DNA of 64,000 nt from Octopus sinensis (Eukaryota): the NCBI RefSeq assembly GCF_006345805.1, contig NW_021833079.1:1-64000 (forward strand), read 5' to 3'. Both the position numbers and the translations under genes were made by a program. Positions 1 through 12,585 of the stretch are shown here, piece after piece. Below the pieces are notes generated by a model. That model was not told where the DNA came from and ran no database searches. It was given only the letters and a program-made list of their open reading frames with translations. The stretch's first letter is position 1; the number at the start of each line of letters is the position of its first letter.

Positions 1-17
1 AATTCAGCAATAAATGT

Positions 18-1295
18 TCAAGTATTCATATAATCATATATTCGATCGTAATAATCCTCCTTGATTGAACGCCCCGCCATATTCACATCCACTCCAATTT
101 TCTCAGTACGTCTTGGTACATTTAAAAGCTGTGCCACATTCTTCAAAAAATCAGGATTACATGAAATATCCAAATTATCGAACAAATCAATGCTCTCACT
201 GAGCCACATGATATTCTGAGTCGCAGTAGGAGACGAATTTCCATCAATATAAAGAGAAAATAAAGAATTGAGTTGAAAACAAGCAAATTTTGCCTTTGTC
301 CCGTCCACGAGAATACATTGAGTGACCATTGGGTAAGGAATGTCCAGTCCCTCAAAAGGAAAAAAATTCATGTAATGAGCAGAACTCAGTGCCTGAGCAA
401 AATTAAGTAAAAGTCCGCGGTGTCCCCAATTTCCGTTTACGTGGTGAAGTGCAAGAAGAGGTGCCATAAATGGATCCCCAATTCTAAACCCAGGCAAAAT
501 TTCGGGGATTATTGATTTTCTACATATTCCATATCTTCCTGGGGGGATGGACAACGTGGGGAAAATAGATTCTTTGCATAAATCGTCATTGATTTGAAGA
601 TTTGGGAATATTTCTCGCCTCGATCTGATTTGGCGGTGACATATTTCGTCGATGTAAAACCGACAGAGTCCAGAATTCCGTCTTCCAGAACAATTTCCGC
701 TGACTGGACGAGTAAAATGGGTTCTAATATCAACTGAGTCGTCAAATTGCCACAAATCGTCAAATTTTGAATTTTTTATTGCACATCCGGTAAAATAGTC
801 AAATATAGCTCTAAAAATTACGGCAGAAAGGTCAATTGCAGAAGGAAGACTTCTAAGAGACTTTACATTATAAAAATTCATGAGGAATTCTAATTTTGAA
901 TTTACGGAATTATTCAAATTGGTCAACTCATTTGTGGAAATATCAACGGAGGTGACGTTTGTCGGAAGACCTTTAACAATGTGAGTTCTTGTCAGATTTT
1001 GGAGAACTTCCAAACTGTATTTTTGATGGGATTTTGCATTAAGAATCCAAAAAACTTGTTTTTCATTTCCAGAATAATATTTTAAACGCTTTTCAAGATT
1101 TGGCCTATTTTTTAAATTTTTTCCAAATCTGTGCAAATTCCAAGCTTCGTAATCGGGGAGTTGACCCCATTCACCTGCATTAAAAATAAAGTTATTACCT
1201 GGTGGAAAGCGTAGTACAACTGGCGGATACAGAGATTGAACCTCTGTAATCAAAGAACAAAATGTTCTTTTATAAAACTTGCACATGAAAAACAT
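18..1295 (-). CDS. MRPS30: Mitochondrial ribosomal protein mL65/S30 (PDCD9 family), apparently intronless
   Basis: 425-aa ORF; C-terminal segment PYPMVTQCILVDGTKAKFACFQLNSL...NIMW resembles the MRPS30 family; start may be the second or third Met. Confidence 0.75.
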   Translation of the reverse strand: MFFMCKFYKRTFCSLITEVQSLYPPVVLRFPPGNNFIFNAGEWGQLPDYEAWNLHRFGKNLKNRPNLEKRLKYYSGNEKQVFWILNAKSHQKYSLEVLQNLTRTHIVKGLPTNVTSVDISTNELTNLNNSVNSKLEFLMNFYNVKSLRSLPSAIDLSAVIFRAIFDYFTGCAIKNSKFDDLWQFDDSVDIRTHFTRPVSGNCSGRRNSGLCRFYIDEICHRQIRSRREIFPNLQINDDLCKESIFPTLSIPPGRYGICRKSIIPEILPGFRIGDPFMAPLLALHHVNGNWGHRGLLLNFAQALSSAHYMNFFPFEGLDIPYPMVTQCILVDGTKAKFACFQLNSLFSLYIDGNSSPTATQNIMWLSESIDLFDNLDISCNPDFLKNVAQLLNVPRRTEKIGVDVNMAGRSIKEDYYDRIYDYMNT

Positions 1296-1452
1296 TAAAT
1301 TAAATTTATTTAAAATAAGATAATAAAAATGCTATAAAGTATAAATGCAAATAAAACAAAAAAACCAAATCAAAAAGACGGAAATTTATTAAATAAATGA
1401 ATAATAGAATAACCGTTAATAAGCCATAAATAATAAATAACAATTGCTTGAA

Positions 1453-2790
1453 TCAATTTTTTCCATTTTCATCGATAAATCGTTCTTTGATATATAAAAT
1501 GCAATTCTCAAATTCTTCCAACACAGCTTCCTCAACCAATTCCGGATCACAACACTCAATACGGGCCAGTAAACAGTTCTTAAGCCCATCAATCACGGCA
1601 TCCGTGAATATATCGTTAAAAACACTCGCATTCCATATTCTATCTGAAGGAACCATAAGACAGGAAGAAGCCACGTCATTCTTCAACACCTGAGCCCTCA
1701 GATTAAGATGAGGGAAATCCAATGGATTGATTGAATGCCTTCTTAATAGTTTAAATTCCGAATTCCTGCAGTCATCACAACCACAGAAGGCAGTACAGGA
1801 GACTCCATTCTAATCTTATATCCACCCAAATACCAACCGCATAACATTCGCAGTGATTCCTTAGACAACTCGACCGAGAACACGAACATCCTTTTTTTCC
1901 AATAACTTGCTCTTTCTGAAGTGTCATTTTAGGTTTGAAGGCCGTAGGATTTCGGGCAAGAAGAGTCTGAATTGCATGAGACCGTTCTTCGTCGAATTTC
2001 TCGTTATTGTGACATCCAACACAATTACAGTTTAGACAGTACATTCCATTGGAATAACATTCACAATATCTATACTTAATAATAGCTCATTACAGTTTAA
2101 GACATTGAGATTTTGTACAGTTGCAAGGTTTTCTGATACGTTCATGTGCTCTACTGGATAAATAAACACGTTTTTTACAGAATATTCGCCGAATATTCGA
2201 TCCGTTGATTAAATGAAATATTAAAAGTGTCATTTTTAGACTGAGCCTGTAAAAACCTAAATTAAATCGAATTAACTTTAATTATAGACTGAGAATTGTT
2301 GAGAATTGTCGGAACTGGTTTATTATTGATCGAATTCGAAGTAATTTGGGAATTAGGCGTGGTTTTTGGATGTGTTTTGGCAGGTTTTGTCGAAATTTTG
2401 ACGATTCGATGCTTAGAGGGCACACTTGGTATAACAAAACCATCATCAAGCTTCACTAAAGTATTTTTCTACAAAATATCTAGGCTACAGAGACTGGGAA
2501 AAAACCATTTGGGATGATTCTTGCTCAGCAAGTCTTTCAACTCGAAATGGTGGGATTCTTGCGGTCATAAAATCACTGATAGAAGTTTTTAGAGATGTCT
2601 GAGAGTTCGAATTTAATTTTGAGGTTTCTTTGTGTTTAAACGGGTCGTCAACTGCTTGAATAGTGTTCTTAGGTTGACCTTTTCCTAACGTCTTTATATT
2701 GACAGGGCCACGAGACTGGAAGGAATGATTTGTCCCAAATATGTTAATAGCAGGCTTTATATCCAACATTTTTTTAGATTTTTCAGACAT
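1453..2790 (-). CDS. LIN54: LIN54/tesmin-like CRC (two CXC domains) DREAM-complex subunit; 5 introns (37, 30 or 33, 25, 24, 28 nt)
   Basis: Spliced translation gives [30 protein letters not shown]...RNPTAFKPK...KGCSCSRSSCLRNHCECYANGVSCTAFCGCDDCRN. Confidence 0.9.
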
Positions 2791-3376
2791 TATTTCTATT
2801 TTTCATTACAATTTCACTAGAAATTCATAATTCAATAATTTATAATTAAAGGGAATAATTAAATACATTAACAACCTGAACAAAATGAAATAATGTTCAA
2901 AACCAGGCAGTGTATTTAATTATTTCTTTTGTTAATAAATAATTTTATATATAAATATAATTTAAATAAACAATATAATTTTTCAATAAAAATTATTAAC
3001 AGTAACTTTTAAGTTTAAAAGCCAATGACAAGAAATTTTATAATTATCCAGTTTTTACAAGATTTTATTTTCCTCTGCTTCCTCATTGAGCTGGAAACTA
3101 ATTTTTAATATTCATCTGAACATCAGGGAATCTTAAAGTAATTTTACTTAAAATATGTAGCAGAAAATCAATATAATCTATTTAATTTTCTGTCACTTAA
3201 TTAATTTATGCAGTAAATTGTTTCCGCATTGCTCAATTTAAAGTTTTTCTAAAAATGTATTTTATTTTTAAGAGACCCATAAACGAAATTGAATACTTTT
3301 TATATATTTTTATTCCCATGTAAAAAGATTAAGGGACTATATCTGCTAGACTAAGAAATGTTCATATTTTTAGATA

Positions 3377-3925
3377 CAATGGGTCAAATTAGTCTTGAGT
3401 CTCTTGTTCAATAAATAAAATTTTAGTTTCTATAGCATAACTCTATAACATAACTGCAAAAAGACTCAAAAATGGCTAGAATTAATACCATTGAATTGGC
3501 AGGTCACTCCCCAGATCTAAATCCATTGAAAATCTTTAGAAAGAATTAAAAGCCAGAGTATGGGCACATAATCCAAAAAAAATTACGGAATTAAAATTAT
3601 TTTGTTTTGAAGAATGGAATATAATTCCCGTAGAAACTTGTCAAAAGCTTGTGAGCAATTACAAAAATCGTTTAAATGAAGTTTTGGAGAATAAAAAATA
3701 TTTTACAAAGTATTAAGGGATTTGTCCCAAGACTAATTATCATTTAATTTTATGATTGTTTGTTTAAAATGTCAAAGTTTTCTTAAAATAAATCGATTTT
3801 GGATTATTTTTAGATGTTTTATTATCTTGTTTAATTTTTTTAGCTTTTGGAATAAACAGGCACGTTAAAGGAAAGAAAATTTTATTAAAAATAAAAAAGT
3901 GTTTCGAGACTAATTTGATCCACTG
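3377..3925 (+). mobile_element. Tc1-family deletion derivative (~550 bp)
   Basis: Imperfect TIRs caatgggtcaaattagtcttgag / (rc) cagtggatcaaattagtctcgaa, TA on both flanks; internal GHSPDLNPL...ELKLFCFEEWNIIPVETCQKLVSNYKNRL...TKY transposase C-terminus. Confidence 0.85.
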
Positions 3926-4779
3926 TACGACTATGGGTAAAAAAGTGCCAATAACCGGTTAGATTATCTCAAATGCTTATGCGCTATCATTTGTTTTACT
4001 TTTCTTCAAAAATCAATATATTAATGAACATTTGTGAAATAAAAACAAAATAATTGTGGTTTTGTGAAATCAATTTTTTCTGAGATAATATTAAAATAGG
4101 ATAGTTTCACTGATATTATTTGTAATAACTTCAATAATCTTTTTATGGTTCTTTTTTTAATATTTGAACCATTTTTATGTATTAACACGGCCAACCGAAA
4201 ATTGATTCTATTTAACGAAACAAGAAAACCGATTAATATAATCGTAAGACAAGGTTCAATTTAGTTAAGAAACTTTATCGAATCCAAAACACATGATATA
4301 ATGTCAATGAATCCAGAGTAGATTTTCTATTCAACTGACAGTTGATTTTATCTAAAAATGAATTTTATTTTCATTATTGATCATTTCGTGTTCTGATTGA
4401 TTTTTTTAGAATGTATCCTGCTGATAAAATTTTCAATTATCTATAATGTATTGAGAAGAAAGTAAATTAGCTTTATTTTGATTTATTGTTCTTTAAATTG
4501 TATATAGCTTGTTTTTAAAAGATTTAATATTGTTTCAGCAGAAATTTTTTTGAATTAATTCATAAAAGTGGTTGTAGGTACCATGCGGATTTAAATAATT
4601 AAATTATCAAATAATTTAATAAATATTTCAAATGTTGCAACCTAGTGAGCTATTCCAGTTTTTAAATGCTTGGATTTGCATCCAATTCGTCTGTTATTTA
4701 TACAGGTTATTAGGGTGTAATTTAGAGAAAAAAATAATCAAAAAAAACTATTTAATTATTTGTGCGTAAAGTTTTTTTC

Positions 4780-5863
4780 GAGGAAGAAAGGCTACTATGG
4801 CATCTAGCAGTTCGTCAAATGCGTTGTTCAACTCGCTTACTTGTTTTCTCTAGAGAAATTCTAAAAAATTTGTTTTAATTGTTTCTACCAGCAAAGTATA
4901 ATCCCATAAAGTTGGACGAGGTCTCTGTACTTTATTGCGCCTTTTGCACTTCCCCACATTCTCTCTACAGCTTGAGTATGTGCGTGTGTCGTGGAATCGA
5001 TAAAATTTTACCTAAAGAAAGAAAGTATTTAAACAAGTACTTATGATTCACTCAAATATGCGCGCAACGATGGGCATTTTCTGTTAAATATCCTATATTT
5101 TTTTAATAGAAAAAATACATAAAAAATTGAAATCAGAAACTAATAGAGCTATATGGGACCTGGGGGTCAGTCCGACGAAGACGCACTGCGAATCGAGGGG
5201 CAGTTCCAGCGTAGAATAGAGACTGAGACGCGCTGGAAGAGCCAGCTAGCCTCCCTCCGGTCATGCGTCTTCAAGGCAATTTTATGGCGGAGCATACGCA
5301 ACAACCTCTCGGCCTCCTTACCGACCACGCCAGTGGTCTCAAAAGCAAAAGCATTGACCTGTCAGGTACCATCTCCAAAAAGCATTATTTAGTTCCACGG
5401 CACACTCTCCCAAACATCTATTGTTGAAGGAGAATTCGGCTTTAATCATTTTTTTCGCTTTTGAAAACATGGTCTCATATACTTCTACGACTTTCCCTAT
5501 TCCACTTAGACATATACTATTAACTTAGTTAAAACCAATTATTAATTTAAGAGCATTGAGAAGGTATTCAGCACATACCTCTCTGAGCGAGATAGCCCAG
5601 TTGACAATTGTCTGTTCGGTCCAATTCAATTGACGTCTGCACAAAGGTATTATGTTCTTTTCGAAACTCCATAGATAGATAAAACGGATACTAAATGCTA
5701 AAGATATTCTGGAACCTTCAAACCACGTTCCTTGAATACTAATTTTGATAATTCAATTATTTCAATCCGTATGGTGCCTATAACCACTTTTATGAATTAA
5801 TTAAAAAAATTTCATTAATTTAATTCAACACTAAAAAGTGGATGTAGCTAACCTACGAATACC
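4780..5863 (-). mobile_element. Degenerate Merlin (IS1595/ISXO2-like) transposon remnant, interrupted by a CRE-like fragment
   Basis: Remnant frames GTWFEGSRI, TIVNWAISLREVCAEYL, CFLEMVPDRS, TQAVERMWGSAK; terminus ggtattcgtaggttagctacatccactttttag resembles the TIR of the Merlin at 37859-39093. Confidence 0.75.
5150..5372 (-). mobile_element. CRE-like (RLE) non-LTR retrotransposon 3' fragment
   Basis: FAFETTGVVGKEAERLLRMLRHKIALKTHDRREASWLFQRVSVSILRWNCPSI*; close reverse-complement match to 23325-23465. Confidence 0.75.
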
Positions 5864-6153
5864 CTATATTTTTTCGCAGCTAATCATAATATTTTTTCGC
5901 TTATAAAAAAACTTTCATTCTTTAAAGAATGAAGTAAGGTGGATTTTCTATGGAATATCGAATTCAACTAAAAAAATAATAATTTGATGTATTGCTATTT
6001 GTTTTTATAATTTTTTTAGTTTCAGCACTGTACCCTTGCTCAGTATAATATAAATTCTTAATTATGTTTCTCCAGTAAAACAACATGTTAATAACCAATT
6101 TATGGAAAAATATTTAGTCCGATAAACCCTAATTATTGATAATTTCCTGGTTA

Positions 6154-6673
6154 TTAATTCCTATAACTTCCAGTGCCATAATCTGCTCCTCCGGCAAGTC
6201 GAATGGCAGTGAGCATATCCTCCTCTTTTAATTCATTTTTGTAAGAAACGGTTTTTGCAATTGCGTATGGCTAGATTTTTATTCATACAATTTAAACTTC
6301 CAAATAAGGTGACAGCTCTGTTCTGTGACCTATTACTTTTCCTTTATTTTTGATTCCAGCCGAAGGTCCAATCCATGTGATAAAGGCAAATTTTAACCTC
6401 TTGCTCAATTCGTCCCCAATGATGAAGCACGCATAGCAATATTGTATCTTTTTATCTAATATAATTTAAAATCGCAATACCGTCAAGGCAGTCCAACATA
6501 TCCTTATAGGAGGACCCGGAATTGCTTATAGTAAGTGATTCATCTGAATCGTAGTCGAGAATCAACCTAATAGAGGTTTGACATTATCAAGTAAAACTTT
6601 ACCATTTAATATCATTTTTATGATCCATGATTTCTTCTTTCTTCTCTTTTAGGGATGAATCGACGACCACCAT
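6154..6673 (-). CDS. COTL1: Coactosin-like ADF-H protein; 3 introns (36, 25, 27 nt); absent from the ORF track
   Basis: Spliced: MVVVDSS...KWLILDY...GDELSKRLKFAFITWIG...IRLAGGADYGTGSYRN*; GDxxSKRxKFAxITWIG and AGGAxY are coactosin motifs. Confidence 0.85.
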
Positions 6674-6859
6674 TTTAAATGTCGTTCAATTCCATCATTT
6701 TATGCTTAATTTATCGCGTTGAATTGCTAATTTTAGAATTAATGAATATTAATTCATTTTTATAGATTTTACCCTAAATTAATTCGAACCCAAAAATTTT
6801 AAAGCTAAAATCAAACTCCGTTCTTAATAAACTCTTACAAGATTTTAATCCCTAAAAAT

Positions 6860-7400
6860 TGTGCTGATGGGAAGCTCGTTTTGGCCCGAGTTTGCCGGAT
6901 TCTGCACTTATTAAGCGTTAGTAGGACGAAATCTTTTGTTAGTCAATGCACGAAAATTTGTTTTCTGTCTAATCAACACCGACTCGCTTGCCTCTGTGCA
7001 GGTTGCTGTCAAGGCAGTAATGCTTAGCCAAAAGCTCTTCCTTTCACTTCCATCGGGAATCTGGTAGACAAGGATTTTTTTGAACATCCCAATTTTTCTG
7101 TGTCGGGCTGAAGATCCACATTACCATACGAGCAAGGAAAATTTTTTCTACTTGCTCAGACACATTCTCACGCAGAAATCTCGCTCAGTGCTGTCGATTC
7201 TGGCAATGCGCTAAGGCAGTCGAGGATCGCAAGATGCTCAATTTCGGCCACGTTTAAAACTCGTTGTTTTTTACTCAAATCGCTTTGAAATCCTCCGGCA
7301 TCACCGACCCAATACGCTAGGCTTCTTTCGCTCGCTTAGTCCTTGATATCCGTTTGATGCTCGTCGATTCAGTTCTTTCTTGACATTTAGTCAGCGAGAG
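6860..7400. repeat. Unclassified dispersed repeat related to 30590-30830
   Basis: Shared blocks tgctcagacacattctc, ggatcgcaa, cggccac.tt.aaactcgttgtttt, aaatcctcc between 7150-7350 and 30595-30770. Confidence 0.6.
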
Positions 7401-7584
7401 GTGCTGAATTGCACTTTCTCGAAGGTCTACAGTGCCAGAGAAGAGGAGGAAGAAGAGAAAGAGGTGCATGCATCCTCAGTTCACTTCAAAGACTTTTTGA
7501 CTGAGTTAGGTAATTGATTAGTTAATTAGTTTTTTTTATTAATAAATTTTGTTATAATTGTTATCTAGAACATTCTTGTTGTTG

Positions 7585-8132
7585 ATGTCTGATCTTACCG
7601 TTTACGAATTAGAAAAAATCGTTGCTAAGGGAGTAAGCACTGACGGGGAAACCATTTATTGTGTAAAATGGAAAAATTTTGACGAGTAAGTTCTACTTTT
7701 AATTCTTAGTGATCAAAATACTTGGGAACCTGCCGCTAACTTAAGTAAACATTCTATAACGTTGTTCAACAAATCAAATAAAAAAAAGAGATCAAAGAGA
7801 CCAAGATTGACTACTACAAAATCGCATGCCAAAAAAAGAAAAACAACATCTAGCCAAGAGTCTGTTTCTGATATGTCTTTGCCGACTAATCACGATGCCG
7901 ATACTCAGACATCGATTTTATATAAAGGAAATATAATTGAAAATGTTATTGGAGCCAGGAAAACTGAGGAAGGATTAGATTATCTTATTAAATGGCATTT
8001 TTTATGCTTATTTGTAGGAAGGATAATTCAGAACCAGAGTTCGTCTCGTCGTTGGTTGCTAGAGATTTGTGGCCTAATGAAATTTTTGATTTTATGCTCC
8101 AACATATCTCATGGGCTGAAGATTCCGAATAA
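7585..8132 (+). CDS. HP1: HP1-like chromo + chromoshadow protein; introns 24 nt (GT-AG) and 23 nt (GC-AG, 7995-8017)
   Basis: YELEKIVAK...YCVKWKNFDDDQNTWEP chromodomain; basic hinge; IENVIGA...YLIKWKDNSEPEFV...WPNEIFDFMLQHISW chromoshadow domain. Confidence 0.85.
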
Positions 8133-8628
8133 CTTTACTTTCTTCCTTTGTAAGAATTTTCTTTTGTGTCATTTTTACCTTGAAATTAACTTATCAAATT
8201 AAATTTCCTATTTACTCTTGTAAAGCCATTTGTGTCTTCTTGTGATTCTATAGAGCCCTGGTACCTCAAAGCTTACTCATTTTTGCCTTTGACAATTTCT
8301 TAATCAGAGTCTGAGTCATGACTAAAGAAATTTGTTATATTTTTTAGGTTAGTTTACATTTATGAAGAAAGAGTTTAGAAAGTTAGAGTACTTTTTAAAT
8401 TTTGTTTCAATAGCAGTAATTTGAATATGCATAAAGTTTAGTCTAAAATCTGGCCAGCTCCATCGTTTTGTTTGTTTCGGAACTGTATTAATAATTTCTA
8501 TATTTTTTCTATGTTACGTTGAAAGACTTTAATTCTACGATATTTTATAACCTGAGGATCATGAAACTAAATACATTTTCTTTGAGGTCAGTTACTTTTA
8601 TAATTAAATTTCTCAAAATTTTATTTCC

Positions 8629-11561
8629 ATGACAATGAGCTTTTTAGAGCAAAAACAACTTGATCAAGATTTAATTCGATATTTTAAAAATAACAGCCTT
8701 CCAGAGATTTACGAGGTTTGTTATTATAAATTTAAACAACCAGGCTATTCTTACGGGACTAGTCGTTGTTCAACCGAAAGATCACATTAAATTTATAATA
8801 AACTGCATTAATATCTTACGTAAAACTGATATTTCAAAATCCCGGCATGAAAAAATATTTTTATATTCTTTAGATACATGTTTGTGGAAGATAGTCTCAA
8901 GCCAAAAATTTCAAAAATGATTCGAATCGAGGTCGCTTCCATTTTTTTCCCAGACAATGAATACGAGGTATCTATGTTTCCTAAATGATCCAAAGCCTTC
9001 CGATGAGTCTAAAAGAATTGCCTGTGCATATTACATGACTAAAATAACACAAAAATATTTCAAGTAGTTTTTTTGATTTGATTCCAAGTAAGTTGATGCA
9101 AAATCATATTCGAGAATCTTACAAGAAAAAAATTAGAACAATCATGAAGAAAAGAGTTGACGAAATGGTTCGGAAAAAGTGTTTACTTTTTTATTTCAAA
9201 ACAATAAAGGTCAGGTTTATTTTTATAAATTAGGACAAATATCTCGAAATCAAGGGACGGAGAATAAGTAAATATTAAATATATATTTCAGTGTCTTTAT
9301 CCATCATGAAAAAGGTTGTAACTCAATCTGTTGGTCGTCTTATGATTACTTTATGGCGCCAACAAGTTCAGGAGACCAAAAATACCCGCGAATATTTTGA
9401 GGTTTTACGATTATCCAATTTTTAATAGAAACTCGAAATTTCCGATATTTTAAATACAGGAAGTTGTTCTCAAGATTTGGTATCTGGGGACGATGAGATC
9501 TCAATGCTTCCCATATCTTTGAGCACTGCTGTAAATTATGTTGTAAGCCTCAATTTTTGGTTAGATCTTTTCTTATTTGGACTTTCGCTCTCTTCTTCGT
9601 TGTGAATCAGTTTCCCGTTCTTGGAACGCACTTATACAGTCAAATACTTTATTGAGCAGAGTTGATTTGTTCAATTAATATTTTAGATAAATTTTAGCGG
9701 ATTTGACCATTTGTTAATATAATATGTTATAAATAATTATTTAGGCAAACCGATTCTTTCGTGTGTAAACAACTTAGACGGGCTCGTCCATTTTTACTTT
9801 CTTTGAATTTAAAAAATTCTTTTATAAAAAGAGCAACTTTTCTAGAAATTGGATTTTGTCTAAACATCATAGACCTCAACGTGTCCAGTTGTCGGAATAT
9901 CACTGTTTTCATAATTGGTAATTTACATGTTTATAGAACACTGAAATTATCAATATTGTCAAATCATGCACAAATCTTACCTATTTAAACATTTCCTATA
10001 CAAATTTATCAGATGCTGCACTTAAGGCGATTTCAAAGTATTTTTATTCATAGAATCTTTTTAGAGAATGTAAAAGATTAAAGTTTCTGAACATAGCATG
10101 TTGCGCTGAAATAACCGAAAAAGGAATCTATTTTCTTTCGAGGGGAGTTATGAGCAAATTTTTGACGTATCTTGATATTTCTGGATGCGGGCAGGTTAAG
10201 GTGAATGAAATACAGTATAGATCACTTACAAAGGTTTCTATGAATTAGCCAATGGATGCGTAAATGTAAAAACTTTAATAATAAATCAAGTTCCGGGAAT
10301 TACTGACGAGTGTTTAAATGTATTGTTTAAATTAATATTTAAGTGCATTGGAGAAAAAATGGTACAAATCGAACACATTTCTCTCATCGGGGCTAGTCGT
10401 CTGACTGATCAAGCATTTCAATATTTGTGTGGAAATCTCAGAAACCTCAAAAAAATAGAAATTGGACGTAATTTTTTGTTCTTTTTTAAACATTAGATAA
10501 CAGTTTCATAACTAATGAAATGTTAAAATTGACTCATTTGAATATCAAATCTCTATCTTCCTTAAATTTAGTTGGCTGTTTTTCCCTGGATGACAAAGGA
10601 ATGAAAATTCTCAGTTTTCTCCCAAATTTAAGAATTCTTAATCTTTCAAATTGCATTCGGTTTTTTTAACTTTGTATAAATTCAAGAATTTCTGATACCG
10701 GTGTTAGAAACATAAGCGAAGGACCTCATGGATCTCTCCTGACCGATTTGAATCTCACCAACTGCTATTTAATTGGAAATACGGCAATTCAGTCCATATC
10801 TCGAAGGTTCCATATAATTAATTTTAATCCAGGTGCTTGGGACTTGAGAATCTAATTCTATGTTATTGTGACCAAATAGGCTCACAAGGATTAGAATTAC
10901 TATCAAATCTTAATCAATTAGTGACGTTGGATCTTTCTGGGTGTTCCTGCACTGATCAGGCAAATCATATATTATATTTACTGACTAGACACTTTCGGCA
11001 CTCAATTCCAACCGAATGCTTTCATCACTTACTTTATCTGATTGTTCGTCTATTACGGATTATGGGCTACAGAAATTAACGTATCAATATTTTCAGTTAG
11101 AACATCTTAGTCTTGCGAACTGCTCAGTCTTTATTTGTTTTTTCATTTTTTTAGAAAATAACGGATGCAGGAATCAAAATATTATCTCTTAATTGTAAAT
11201 ATTTAAAGACTCTAAAACTATCTGGTTGTTTTGGGGTAGGTAAATTATTTTATTTACCTTATAGCTTACTGATATGACTATAAAATGTATATCGACTGTT
11301 TGTTCTCATTTGACAAAACTAGACTTATCTGGATGCCATTTGCTTAGGTATGAAATGTACAAAATCAAAATATTAGTAACCGAGCCCTCAAACTGCTGAT
11401 GTTCGGCTGCAAACAATTAGAACATCTACGATTACTTGGATGTACTGCAATTACCCCGTTTTTACAAATTACTTAATTTTAGGAAAAATGCAAAAGCTAT
11501 CACTAACGTGATTAAAACTGTGGAATATTCTCTTTATAATCAAAATGATAATACTTTTTAA
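8629..11561 (+). CDS. FBXL13: F-box/LRR protein 13 (dynein regulatory complex subunit 6); about 22 introns of 24-34 nt, two of them GC-AG
   Basis: N-terminal LPEIYEAILTGLVVVQPKDHIKFI docking-like domain, F-box (ISMLPISLSTAIFSYLDFRSLLRCESVSRSW), then cysteine-containing LRRs; continuous frame after splicing. Confidence 0.85.
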
Positions 11562-12585
11562 ATAGTTTTGATTAATATTTCATGGATGATAAACTAATTA
11601 AATGCCGATATTCATTTCTAATACGATATAAAAAATATTTATAAAATTTAATAAATTTGATATTAAAACAGAAAAATAAAAAACTCCTGAACAGATTTTT
11701 TCAAGAAAACCATTATGGAACTAAAATTTTACTGATATTTATCAGCGACCAGTGTATTCTTTGCCGTAGTGAATATAAAATCCTGCGATAAAGAAAGACT
11801 TTGAAGATCGTCAAACGCTTATGCATCTTTCAATAGAGCTATGTGTGATGAAATGATATCATGTAGTTAGATTTACTTTAAAAAAGTAAAACATCAATCA
11901 ATTTAAACAATTATCTAAATCCAATTATATGATTTCAATTCACCACATAACTATATTATCACATAGCTTTGTAGAGCCAGGAAACTATCACAGTGTTCAT
12001 TAACGATTATCCGGATGTTGAATCATTTGGTTACTTATACTTTTCTAAGATTTTTGTAGAAACAATTGCCAGAACGCAAAAAGTTAGCGGTAAAATTATT
12101 GATAGGATAAAAAAATTTGAATTCAACCGCAATCACAGATTGTGATAGCGAGAACCACAAATATTATTCTTCAAATTATATTAAGTTTAAATTGGAATAG
12201 AGAACCCTCTTTATCGCATCTGGAGTCTCTCGGGTCATTAGAGAGTGCGATCCAGATGGGACTAAGAATGTCACTCATGCATCTAATTTTTGAAAACTTT
12301 TCAAATTTCTGTAAACTTAACCAGCTAACTTAAAATGAAAATAGCAATTCTTTTTTTCTTTTTGAATGACAGTTACCATAGCAATATAGTAATTTGAAGA
12401 AATTCGATTCTATTGAACTTTAAGATTTTTTAATAGTTATTGCTTTATCCATTTCGTATAAAAATTTTCGAAAAAATATGTCAATTTTATTCTACGTAAT
12501 TTGACATTCGTTCGGAGAAAAAATAAATTCCAATAACGCCGGTAATAAATAGTTAATTTTTTAATTTTGCAAGCGTCTGTTTTGA

